DNA from: Lingula anatina
Taxonomy: Eukaryota > Animalia > Brachiopoda
Direction: 5' to 3'
Assembly (NCBI GenBank): GCA_051362555.1
Contig: CM120641.1
Span: 32,246,401 to 32,310,400, forward strand
DNA length: 64,000 nucleotides
A program made the position numbers and the translations under genes. The notes beneath the pieces are model-generated. The model saw only the letters and a program-made list of their open reading frames with translations, made no database searches and was not told the origin of the DNA. Positions 39,451 through 51,777 of the stretch are shown piece by piece. Position 1 is the first letter of the stretch; each line of letters starts with the position of its first letter.

Positions 39451-39814
39451 TCGGCTAGTTTTATGGAAGAAATTGGAGTGACAGAAATAGTGACGAGATT
39501 GTAAAAGTTTAAGTGAGAGGCGAAAGAGGATAATTTCTACTAATGATTAAACGAGCATACATGCGAGTCCATTTAAATTTATTTGCAAGTCTCGCTTTTT
39601 TTTAGCGATCTCTACACGACCACTTTTTTACAAAAAAAAAAGAAAAAAGAAAGAAAGAAAATTATAGAATATTTTTTATTCAACTATTATGTACAATTTT
39701 GAATATTTACAGTTGATTTAAAAAGGACTAATAATCGGTAATGAACTACGTAAACGCAATGAATTAATACATAGCAGTATTATCAAAAGTTCTAAGATTT
39801 TCCATCGTCTTCAT

Positions 39815-40033
39815 CTAGCGTCGGAACGCACACAGTCCGATAATGCAGGTCTTGTGGTCGGAAACTGGTACCAGATGCTCTCGGGCCGTGGGGAAAAACC
39901 CGTCTAAACCCTTCGTGGGGAATGCGGGAAAGTGCCCACGCCCGGATAATTCGGTCCTTATAACATGACGAAATCGGTTTCTATTGGCACGGCGCTGCGT
40001 ACAGTTCAAGAATCGTCCCGTTTTAGACAGCAT
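39815..40033 (-). CDS. Possible small TATA-driven single-exon ORF (72 aa, Arg-rich), unknown
   Basis: TATATATA at 40073-40080, ATG at 40033, CpG-rich body, AATAAA at ~39580. No homology recognised. Confidence 0.25.
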   Translation of the reverse strand: MLSKTGRFLNCTQRRANRNRFRHVIRTELSGRGHFPAFPTKGLDGFFPTAREHLVPVSDHKTCIIGLCAFRR

Positions 40034-42689
40034 TGTGTGACGGAATAACCTTTGTGTTGACAAACTATTCTCTATATATACTATACACAAGGTGAGGGAT
40101 AAAAACTTATTAAAGTAATTCTTACAGAAAAAGGCACTGAAGCCAATAAAAAACTAACAAGAGACAACAATTAAACAGAATCATTTTGACTTTATCTTGG
40201 AGAATTAAAACCATAAATAAAGTTAATCATTTTACAACTGCAAGCATCTTTCAAAACTTGATTATAGTTCTCTTTATGATAAAATGCAAACAGATTCAAG
40301 TAATATGATTACAACTCGGGAATATCAATGATTTCAACTAAACTGTGATATATAATTCGACTTAAAATACCAGGTTTCTAAAATGTAACTTTGCACTGAA
40401 ATCGCAACTACCTGCATGATACAAGTACAGAATAAAGCAAGCTTGCTTCAAAATATTTCGGATCTCACATTACACTGTATGACCGCCCATGTAAATTTCA
40501 ATCCAAATTTTTTTGATCCGGAGAAAAGGTGCATATGTGATGAAGTGGATGTATTTGTCAAGTATAACACTTGAGAAAATCTGAATATTAGTAATGTGAT
40601 CTCTATCTTGAGAGATGACAGCATCTCTCAAGAAGAGCAGACTGTACAAAAAATATAATGAAATATTTCATTACAGATTTTGCACAATCTATCAATGTAA
40701 AATCTCTTCATGTAAAAGCGTTTACCTGAAGTCAGATTTTACAAAGATGTGAGGGTTTGTTAGTAAGGTTAGTGTGCAGGTTAAGACCTTTTCAAATGCC
40801 ATACTGACAAACAACTCCACATCATCAAAAGCACAAATTTGAAAAATGACCATCTCAGATTGAAACAAAACACAGACGACCACAAGTGGTGGGAATGTTT
40901 TTGTGAGCAAAAAACTATCTGCATTCAGAATGTGGATAAAGCAACTCTATATTCAAATTTATTAATATAATAATTATAGCAACTGTAGAGGTAGACTTTT
41001 CCTACAGAAGCACACATCTTATTCAATTGATCTTGTATGGAATGAAAAATTATCTTGAACCTCAGTTTTCTCTTCTGTTATTGAAATAAAATGGTTCACT
41101 GCATAAGGCATAAAATACAAATGAAATTTGATGCAATTTCACCTTGACATGTTTGTGACCCATGAACCCCAAATATTCTCAGCATCCAAAAGACTGATAC
41201 ATTATTAGACTGTATTCCCACTACATTCAGTACTGTATATTGCCTTCATTACCATTCCACATTCTTTATATTTGTTTGCAGAACAAGCCGTGTCCTTCAA
41301 CACCAAAACTTGTGGGATGTCCGAGCATCCATGAAAGTGTCCACAGGGCTCCTTGTGCTCCTTGCTAACGCTGTACAGTGTTCAACATCTTGGACATTTG
41401 GTCTTGGGTCGACGTTATGTGACATCATGCAGGCGTAATTATTGGAAAACTCCCAATTCGTAGCCTACAAATGAAATCCAACTTTTACTCAAAAGTATGA
41501 AAAGCTATATCGAAAGCTTGCAGTAACTGCAACAAAGAAAGTATATCACTGGTATTTACACACCGTTAACATTAATGAAAAGCTTGGTTCTTAAAATGAT
41601 CAGAGCGTTATTTCCAAATGTACAGTGAAATATGCTTCCTTTATTGAAATATATATATTAACTTTTTAGAGTAAGTAGACAGCAGTCTTCAAAAAATAAA
41701 TTATTTCAAACATTTGACAAAAAAGTAAGAAAAGATGTTGCTATATTGAATATTGTAATGTTAGCCTACATGTTAAATTGTTGACTGTCTGTGCTACTTC
41801 TAATTCTACTGTTTGTTTACATAGGATATAGTTTTTGATCACTGTCAATAATAAGAAATGCCATAATACACCAATAATAATACTTAAAAAATTCAGAACC
41901 ACTTTTCTTAAGTTGTTGATCCCCAATAACTTACAAAGTTATCTGTATAAAGATCCCTCAATCCTGAAGAAGTGTTTCATCTGGAGGTTTGGTAGTTGCA
42001 ATCTTCATTTTTAGAATCCACCACTTTTGGTAGCCTGCAAATTTAAATTATTACTTCAAAATGTAATAAAAGTCAACCATTTGTATATGAAATGTGTTTT
42101 TAAAGTTTCAGCAGTTTGATGGGAAATAAATATAAAAAGCACTTTTGTCACAAACTTGGAAAAAACATTCAAGCGAAATATTTTGACATGCCACTGGCGA
42201 CCTTCAGACTTAATGTCACAATGGGGTATTGCACAAATTAGTTTTAACGAAGGAAAAGGAACACTAACAGCATTTAAACGACTCTACTCAAAGACAAGCT
42301 TGGTAAAGCCTGAACAATCTAGCTATATAGATCCAGGAGTGTACTAGTATTCCATCAAGTGTTTAATTTGTGAAGGATTTATATGGGAGAGACAAAGAGA
42401 AAGTTGAACGTTAGAGTTAAAGAACACGGGAAGGAATAAGAAAGGGCACCCGAAGAGGGAAAAATACACTACAGCCCAAGGTAGCCTTCTGCTACAACGA
42501 ACCATCACAAAAAAACATTGATTGGGAGAGTGCCAAGATTCTACAAAAAGAAAGTGACTGGAGAACAAGAGGCGTAAAGGGAGGCATATAAACCAGGAAA
42601 ATGCCTAACAATCTGAACAATATAGAGAGATGGAAATAAATACTCACTTCTACGGTGGCCTATTATTACCACAACCACAGCACTGGAGG

Positions 42690-43294
42690 TGGGGGTGGTA
42701 GCTGCTAGTATACAATTTCTGGACCAGTGACAACGTCCCGGAGTCACATTGGTGGTGGGTGTTGGGGGAGGTAGCTCCAAGTAATCTGGACCAGTAACCA
42801 CGCCCTGGAGTCACATTGGTGGTGGTGGGTGGTGCGGGCGGTAGCTCCAAGTAATCTGGACCACTGACCACGCCTCGGAGTCACATTGTTGGTGGTGGGT
42901 GGTGGGGGTGGTAGCTCCAAGTAATCTGGACCATTGACCATGCCCCGGAGTCACATTGGTGGCGGTGGGTGGTGGGGGCCGTAGCTCCAAGTAATCTGGA
43001 CCAGTGACCACGCCCCGGAGTCACATTGGTGGTGGTGGGTGGTGGGGGCGGTAGCTCCAAGTAATCTGGACCAGTGACCACACCTCGGAGTCACATTGGT
43101 GGTGGTGGGTGGTGGGGGCGGTAGCTCCAAGTAATCTAGACCAGTGACCACACCTCGGAGTCACATTGGTGGTGGTGGGTGGTGGGGGCGGTAGCTCCAA
43201 GTAATCTGGACCAGTGACCACGCCCCGGAGTCACATTGGTGGTGGTGGGTGGTGGGGGCGGTAGCTCCAAGTGATCTAGACCATTGACAACGTC
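42690..43294. repeat. 70-bp minisatellite, ~8.5 copies, G-rich on + strand
   Basis: The unit with GGAGTCACATTGGTGGTGGTGGGTGGTGGGGGCGGTAGCTCCAAGTAATCTGGACC recurs at an exact 70-bp period. Confidence 0.95.
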
Positions 43295-44739
43295 CTGCAG
43301 AATATTGAGACTGTTGAGGATCTGAAAGTTGACGAATGGCATGTCAAAATTTGTATGAATGATAAGGTTTTTCCACATCTGTGACAAATTAAAAGAGCTT
43401 TTTACCTGTGAAAAATGAGCTTTGAATTTGCTAGAGTAAATTGTAAATAGAAAACAAATGCCTGCACCGAGTGACAGGTCCCAAAAACAATTGTCTAAGA
43501 CCTTGCACAAAATGCTCAGTTTGTTGGAGTTGCACTGATAAAAGATTTGTATTATCTATACAATGAATGACAATCTAGTTCATTTACTCTTATCCTGTCC
43601 CATAACTTACCTTGAATGCTCTCTAATCACAACTACTGAAGGGCTCTTGAAACACTATATGATATAGCTGACATGGCTTTCTCCATTTTAGCCTTGTTAA
43701 CCTTGTTAAAATGGACCGTCATCAGGACAGGCGCTCGCCAATGCTATCTGCCTCAACTACAGAATAAAAAATTATAAGTCAAAAGTTTCCCTCTTTACTT
43801 CTCCCACCCAAATCCAATCTACTAACCATAAATATCTTAATCCTAGGAGTGGGTCATGGGTAAAAGACATTGCCTTCTGAATGTAAGCTGTCAAATTAAT
43901 GTGGCTAACGGTTTTTAGTTTTTCAAGGTAAGAAAAATCACTTAAGTGTTTTGTTTTCCCCCAAAAACATGAGTGATATGTACCTTTTAAGGCTTGATAG
44001 GTTTCCATCTCTGTGAAACGCCATATGCTTCTGATGCTCCCCCATGCAGCCCCCTAACATACAGACCATGGCAGGACTCAACCATGCACCAAGGATTGAA
44101 TGTGACCCTCTTCTTGCACCTCTTTCAAAAAAGCGGGACTTCATCAGGAATTGCCCTAATTGAGTTCTGTAGATAGAAAGGAAAATTTGATTAGTTTTCA
44201 AAAATTGTATATCAAAAGCAGTCTGCAGCCAGAAAAATTGTTGGAATCGGTAGATTTCCAGAATGTGTCAATTTGGTGACATGGCTGTTAGATTTTTTCT
44301 ATAAGTATGAAGAAGAGCTTTTGATTTATTTTAAATGTAACTGTTACATCATGATTCGAGAAAAATGTCAAGGTCTTGTTAATACAAATATTAATGCAAT
44401 CCAGTCTAGTCCTATTGAACTTTGTATTCGAACCAGTGAATCAAGATTCAGACATCTCTATCTAGTTTTTAGGAAAGAAGGTGGACTGAATGGCCAGTAG
44501 GGTGAAAAGTTTATGGCACAGACTGCTGTTGAAAAATTAATTTTAGTGTATTGTTCTCGCCAGTAACACGGGTTACCTTGCAGGTTTTTCCGCCTCAGTG
44601 AAACACCATATGCTTCAGACGCTTCTCCAATGCAGCCTCTTCAACAGACCGTGGCAGGACTCACTGGCACCAAGGATTGAGGGATGTATCGGAAGTGTGC
44701 ACGTGGCCCTCTTCTCCTTGCAGTTGCCATGAAACGTTG

Positions 44740-45454
44740 GACAGGACTCGCTGGACGCTTCCTAGTGCAGCCACCTCGTAGACAGACCATGGCAGGACTC
44801 GCTGGACGCTTCCCCAGTGCAGCCACCTCTTAGACGGACCATGGCAGGACTCGCTGGACGCTTCCCCAGTGCAGCCACCTCGCAGATAGACCATGGCAGG
44901 ACTCGCTGGACGCTTCCCCAGTGCAGCCACCTCGCAGATAGACCATGGCACGACTCGCCGGACGCTTCCTTAATGCAGCCACCTCGTAGACAGGCCATGA
45001 CAGGACTCGCTGGACGCTTCCCCAGTGCAGCCACATCAAAGAGACAGACCATGGCAGGACTCGCTGGCACCAAGGAATGGTCAAAGTAGCTTAAGTGTAG
45101 ATGTGGGACGTCTCCTTGCAGTTGTGTTCTGTCAACAGAAAGAAAAATGAATTAATGACTTTTCATACTATGTCAGCACTCTGCAGTCAGGCTTACCTTT
45201 AAGTGGTTTCCATCTCATTGAAACACCATATGACAAGACTCGCTGGACGCTTCCCCAGTGCAGCCACCTCGTAGACAGACCATGGCAGGACTCGCTGGAC
45301 GCTTCCCCTGTGCAGCCACCTCGTAGACAGGCCATGGCAGGACTCGCTGGACGCTTCCCCAGTGCAGCCACCTCGTAGACAGACCATGGCAGGACTCGCT
45401 GGACGCTTCCCCAGTGAAGCCACCTTGTAGAGAGACCATGGCAGGACTCGCTGG
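44740..45454. repeat. 52-bp minisatellite in two blocks (~6 and ~4 copies)
   Basis: CCATG(G/A)CA units start at 44787, 44839, 44891, 44943 and 44995; second block at 45235-45454. Confidence 0.95.
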
Positions 45455-45515
45455 CTCCAAGGGATGGTCGAAGTAGCTTAAGTGTAGATGTGGGGTGTCT
45501 CCTTGCAGTTGTGTC

Positions 45516-46685
45516 CTGTAAACAGAAATAAAAACGAGATTAGATTTCTTTTATTTCTTAAACTCCCCTTCCAAAAAGAAAAATAGATTACATACCTTAA
45601 GGAGTGTAGTCGAAGTCCCACAGGTGGCGCCCATCATCTTCTATGTCCTGTAAACAGAAATAAAAATGAGATTAGATTTCTTTCATTTCTCAAACTCCCC
45701 TTCCAAAAAGAAAAAAGATTACATACCTTAAGGAGTGTAGTCGAAGTCCCACAGGTGGCGCCCATCATCTTCTATGTCCTGTAAACAGAATTAAAAACGA
45801 GATTAGATTTCTTTCATTTCTCAAACTCCCCTTCCAAAAAGAAAAAAAATTACATACCTTAAGGAGTGTAGTCGAAGTCCCACAGGTGGCGCCCATCATC
45901 TTCTATGTCCTGTAAACAGAAATAAAAACGAGATTAGATTTCTTTCATTTCTCAAACTCCCCTTCCAAAAAGAAAAAAGATTACATACCTTAAGGAGTGT
46001 AGTCGAAGTCCCACAGGTGGCGCCCATCATCTTCTATGTCCTGTAAACAGAAATAAAAACGAGATCAGATTTCTTTCATTTCTCAAACTTCCCTTCCAAA
46101 AAGAAAAAAGATTACATACCTTTAGGAGTGTAGTCGAAGTCCCACAGGTGACGCCCATCATCTTCTATGTCCTGTAAACAGAAATAAAAACGAGATTAGA
46201 TTTCTTTCATTTCTCAAACCCCCCTTCCAAAAAGAAAAAAAGATTACATACCTTAAGGAGTGTAGTCGAAGTCCCACAGGTGGCGCCCATCATCTTCTAT
46301 GTCCTGTTAACAGAAATAAAAACGAGATTAGATTTCTTTCACTTCTCTAACTCCCCTTCCAAAAAGAAAAAAAAATTACATACCTTAAGGAGTGTAGTCG
46401 AAGTCCCACAGGTGGCGCCCATCATCTTCTATGTCCTGTAAACAGAAATAAAAACGAGATTAGATTTCTTTCATTTCTCAAACTTCCCTTCCAAAAAGAA
46501 AAAAGATTACATACCTTAAGGAGTGTAGTCGAAGTCCCACAGGTGGCGCCCATCATCTTCTATGTCCTGTAAACAGAATTAAAAACGAGATTAGATTTCT
46601 TTCATTTCTCAAACCCCCCTTCCAAAAAGAAAAAAAAGATTACATACCTTAAGGAGTGTAGTCGAAGTCCCACAGGTGGCGCCCA
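45516..46685 (-). repeat. 131-133-bp tandem array; each unit is a 52-nt exon plus a ~79-nt intron
   Basis: Nine AAG|GTATGT donors (CATACC at 45591, 45722, 45853, 45984, 46115, 46247, 46379, 46510, 46643) alternate with TTTCTGTTTACAG| acceptors. Confidence 0.9.
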
Positions 46686-47042
46686 CCAGTTTGCAGTCTG
46701 CTTCCTGGACCTGTAATAAAAAGAAACCTGGAAAGCATGGGAATATGCAATGACACTACGACTCCAGCCCACGACAGCAAAAAGGTGAAGTATCCTGCGA
46801 AGATGACCGAGCGACGATTCCTCGTGGGGAGAAGCGAAGATTTTAGCTGGCCAGCTAAGAGAAACGCCGAATCCACCGTCTAGACGTCCGCGTGTGCAGG
46901 GAACAATATGTCGAAGAGCGATGCGTTGACGTAGGATGAGTAGAAGATTCGGAGAAATGGGAGTCGACTCCCGTGTCCTTTGTGCTTGATACAGGGCGCA
47001 GCACATGGCATCCGTCCTGTTGCTCTAGATCTGTCCGCTGTT

Positions 47043-47103
47043 GAGTGAACGCACTTTTAAAATTTTGCGCTTTTATACCTTTGTTGACGTATAGTCACAT
47101 GAT
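47043..47103 (-). promoter_or_regulatory. Core promoter: E-box, CRE half-site, TATA and Inr
   Basis: On the minus strand: CATGTGAC, ACGTCA, GGTATAAAAG (TATA 47077-47071) and TTCACTC Inr with +1 about 31 nt downstream. Confidence 0.65.
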
Positions 47104-50100
47104 GGCGTTCTTGTTGTCACCAATGGTCAACTTGTTCAAAGGGGATGGCCTTTGATAGTGATGCGCAAAGTTGGTAATAATATCTTATCAACATATACAT
47201 TTTCTTTTATATTTTATATTTTGATTATTCTGCCTGTCAGTTTGTTTATAATAAGAGTAATAAGTTCTAAGCAATGTCTGTGAAATGTGCAGGCAAATTT
47301 GATGAAAATTTCTGAGCAACATACCTTCTCCCTAAAATTTTTATAGGTACGATGTCCGTTAAGCTGGTAGCTGTGAACTTCTCGCAGGCTACTTTAGTGT
47401 GCGTGTATTTGAACACTGATCCAAAATGTGGATAATGTAATTTGGCGTAGGGTGACTGCATTTTTGAGGCAGCCTGAGGGAGTATGGTTGTTCTGATTGT
47501 AGTGAAAAGTAGAGAGACAATTGGAAGTACACTGGACTTAGCATGTTCAGTCACCTAAGTACTCTGAAACACATTTTGTAATCAGCTGACTTGTTATTCT
47601 GAAAAATGAAAAAACAAATTATATTGATTTACAAAACTGGAAGATAGAAGCAGTGGATCATATTACTTATGCCAGGCAGAAGAAACGACTGAATGTATAT
47701 TTTTATATTCAAAACGTCTACTGATTTAGGTAATAATTAATAGCCTGGAAGATAGCAGCAGTGGATCATATTACTAATGCAAGGCAGAAGAAACGAGTGA
47801 ATGTATATGTCTATATTCAAAACGTCTACTGATTTAGGTAATAATTAACAACTGACGTCTCCCTTCATGGCGTCGGGTTATCAATACTCCCACACCAGTA
47901 ACATGAGTTATGAGTTGAGCAGAAACAGAAAAAGATTTTTTATAAAGATAATGCAAGTATATGTGTAGGCCTATTTATCTTTATTTATATTACTAAACGT
48001 AAGAATTGTTTGTCCAAGTGAAACTTTACTTACATCAGCCTAGCAACTAAATCTGACGTTTAAACGTCTCCGAAAATAACTAGAATTTTTTGAATAACGC
48101 AATAATGCGGCCACCTTCGAGGTGTCGCCCGGTTTTTAAAAATTGAAAAAAGAAACTTTTCGGGGCGTCTTTTGTCGCGGGTCATTATTTTCAGTTGTTT
48201 GATGTTTTTTGTAATATTTTAGCCATTGATAGAATCTATAATTCAGTTACATCCACGATTAGCTAGACGAAATGGTGACAGGGAAAAGTCAAATTTTTTA
48301 AACGGCAAAAACTGCATTCTCTTAGAAAGCAATTAGCAAACATTCATTACTGTGAAAAATTCAACCGAAGTTGAAGACAAAATGTGTCAAAAATAAACGT
48401 GCATGTCGTAATACCTATTTAAAGCAGTCTAATTTTTGTTAGTATTAAAAACGTGTAAATATTATCCACATAGGATATTTTTAAAGCCTTCGATATTTAA
48501 AATATTTAAACTTCCCATACTTTGAGGCATGCATGAGTCGGAAAATGTTTGCATAATTACATAAAAAACTAGAATTATCTCTTTATGTGACCACAGTTTA
48601 ATCATGTGCCTTACATCATTCCCTTAAACCCTTTCCCAATATCGATTTCAGATATTTTTGACACATTTTGTCTTCATCTGAATCACGTGAACGTTATCAA
48701 GTGTCATAAGGCGTACATTACGAAAATATTTAGGTCTTGGAACGTGATTTGATGACTTTTTTAAATGCATATATATACAATTATAAATTTATAATTAAGT
48801 TATTTAATATCGAATTATAAGTTCTGACCGAGTTTTAAAATTTATTTTAGGAGGGGTAAAAAACCCCAACCCCATCTAATATATATTGGATACATCCGTA
48901 GGCTTATGTCCTTAGAACTAGGCGTACAAAATGTGTCTTCTAGCTAAAGTTATTATTATGGTGTATGTGTAATTAAAAAAAAAAACTACGTAAGAGTGAC
49001 AATAGGTCATGTGTTTCGAATGCACCCCCACTCTCCGATCAGACATTACTTTTGTATAATTCACAGTCCATCTTCGTTGTAGTTTGTGACTTTACGTCAT
49101 TTCTTAGTGAAGCGGTGTTGTCCTCAATTTACCTTAAATGTCCAAATTACTAAGAAGAAACCACTTGCAAGAATTATAAGGCTTTTTATACTGCTAGGTC
49201 TATAGACGTGATACACACGATATTTTGCAACCCCACAAAATCTGTTTCTTAAAATTTTGGTTCCACCACAAAGCTTAGCACTATCATTCTTTTTTGCTTT
49301 ATTGATATATTTTCAGTACATAAATAACCATTGTCTGTTGCCCAATTTTGCACAAAATTAAGATAATCCCCAAAACCTCATTAATTGTGTTTCCTCCATC
49401 CCAAAAAATATTAAAAATTTCTCCTCATAATTTAGTAGTGCACTGGCATCTACACAGTACATAAATGTATCATTATAATAACATCTTGTTCTTACTGATA
49501 ACATAATTAGCTTAATTCCATAACAATTCTAAAATGTTAATAACAATGAAAATTCAAAGTAGACGGCAAGATTCTTATTGTGCTGATAAAGATAAAATAT
49601 GTAAATTCAATACTGATTAGGTACTGTATACTGGCTCATTGAAAAAAGGGAACCGTTTCACAAAAAAATTAAGCTTAGACTGCTAAATCTGGATAGCCAA
49701 CTATACAAAGTCAACTTTGCGATATTGTCTTACAACTACAATTTTTTAAGAATGATTGGTCCACAGTTGATGAGTAGAATATACATAAATGGGCTACTGA
49801 CACCACTGCAAGTAAAAGACTTGCCAAGACAATCAAAATGTAAATCAAAGGAAAGTGAAAAGAAAGTAAAAAGACTGGAAAAAATGAGGCAAAATTGATA
49901 ACTTGGTTAATGAGCGAACAATACTCTAGTTTTGATTAAATCAGAACTTTTCTTGCACCTTTTCTTGGGGAATAGGGGATTGGTGTAGTGAAAGCCCAAC
50001 CTTAACCTTTGGATGCTATTCTCATTAAACATATGCATAAAAGACAAAATTTAGACCACAAATAGATTCATGCAATCTACCAACCTTTTTTACAGTGAGT

Positions 50101-50999
50101 CATTGCAACTTATCAGTTATTTCTGGCCTAGGCTATCTGTAAGATTCTTACAACTGTGAAGTGCAACTTAGCCAGCTAAGTCTTTATAGGCTCAGATTTT
50201 AGACTACAAACCAGCTTCAAACATTTAGTAAAGCAAGTGCAAGGAATAGTTAGTTTGAAGGCTCTGCCTCCCCATGGGGTGAGAACAAACACAGTCACAC
50301 TGTATGATACATTACAGAAAACATACTCTGGAATTTTACATTTTCACTAGTATAGAATCAATTTGATTTCTAAAACTGACTTATTATAAAAATACTCCTG
50401 TCAATTTAAAACTTTTTCATAAAGCATATCTGAAATACACTGATAAAATGTTATTAAAAATATTAAAATTTGATATTCACAGATAAAATAGGCTCAAGTC
50501 AAAATGATTAAGACAATTATTGAAGCATTATTCAAACCCCAATTTTGATTATTTTCATACAATTAGTGATTCACAAGTTCTTTAACAGAGTTGTACCTAA
50601 TCTGACTACATGATATCTATCAAAATCTCTCTAAAATCAAGTGACAAAAAATGCCCACAGTTTCAAGCACCATAAAATATGGCTTAAGTAAGTAATATCC
50701 TCAATTGTTTCATAATAAACGTCATGTCACTTGAATGTACCATTCTCCAGAAAAAAAGATGAACTTGCAAGGTTTGATAAGTCTGCGTTTACAGGTAGAT
50801 GTCATAGTTTAATATACATGAGGCAGCTTTATATCGTGGTCAACAATATTATATTATATCAGTTTCTCTAGCCTCCATGTCTTATTCGTCATAATATTTT
50901 GATTTTCAAATTCAGGGTCCCCTAGTAAAAGATCTTGCATTTCCTCTTGATCACAGAAGAATCTGAGTTGAGAATACAGTTGAGAATACAGAGTTAAAA

Positions 51000-51737
51000 T
51001 TAGGCCTCTCCTCTCCACTCGGGGTCCTCTTGCAACTGAACCTGGCTGACATCCATGGTTACATCTTTAAAAATAATATATTCCCAAAAAAGTTTAAATG
51101 GTGCAGTAATAATAATAATAATAATAATAATTAAAATCAATAAATCTTGGACACATTACTTGTCGTACGTCTGAATAACATGACAGACAAGAAGAAAATA
51201 GTTGCTCTTGAAAATGGACTTTAAGTAATGAAAATGCAAGATGACAGCTAGTAGATAGTACATGTGCATGCAATTTATTTGAAATTCTGACTTTTCAGTC
51301 CTAATGATTTAGGTTATTTATAGCCAATAATCTGAGAAAATAAAATATTCAACAGAGAAATTGATTGCAATAAATCCTGCTCGTACCTGACTGCTTAATA
51401 TTCACTGCAGCAAACCTCTCTACGACATCGTCGAGCTGATCAGTAGGGTCATCGTAATCACATCCTGTGTACGCTTTTTTCTCGAGGCAGTACTTAAGGA
51501 AACTACACCAAAGAGAAGTTGAAAATAAAGAAAGAATTGCCTACTTTCTTTTGTCTTTCTGTATGGACTTTCATTCACAATAAAAGAAAGAATTGCCTAG
51601 TAGACACTATTTTGTCTGTCAGTTTGGAGTTTAATTTACATGTTTTTTAACTTTCCTTTTTTTTCTATTTTTTTTCATTTAACAGTCTGTCTGAACTAAA
51701 ACATGATAGCTTTCTCTTTTTAATCTTTCTATCCTCT

Positions 51738-51777
<40 letters not shown>

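Larger units (their letters stand above)
40190..47046 (-). ncRNA. Putative multi-exon, repeat-built long non-coding transcript (may carry a short 5' ORF)
   Basis: TATA and Inr at 47077/47046. Chain of canonical AG/GT-bounded exons: ~46710-46648, eight 52-nt copies, 45515-45197, 45128-44577, 44166-43984, 43756-43611, 43294-42648, 42034-41935, 41464-... Exonic repeat units (52, 70 nt) are not multiples of 3 and no long frame survives. The 3' end is approximate. Confidence 0.5.

Noticed and set aside
42541-43510. Stack of Pro/His-rich ORFs (MVTGPDYLELPPP..)
   Set aside because: Artefacts of a 70-bp repeat that shifts frame each unit and hits stops.
44641-45460. Overlapping ORFs on both strands (AALGKRPASPAM..)
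   Set aside because: Products of a 52-bp GC-rich minisatellite; no sustained frame.
45516-46685. Regularly spaced repeats resembling a CRISPR array
   Set aside because: The 'spacers' are near-identical to each other, there are no cas genes and the context is eukaryotic. It is a tandem exon-intron duplication.
47267-47600. 95-aa minus-strand ORF / possible exon after an acceptor near 47598
   Set aside because: Non-ATG start, stops in the frames adjoining the acceptor, and no recognisable domain.
47636-47850. ~109-bp direct duplication
   Set aside because: Simple two-copy local duplication with no further structure.
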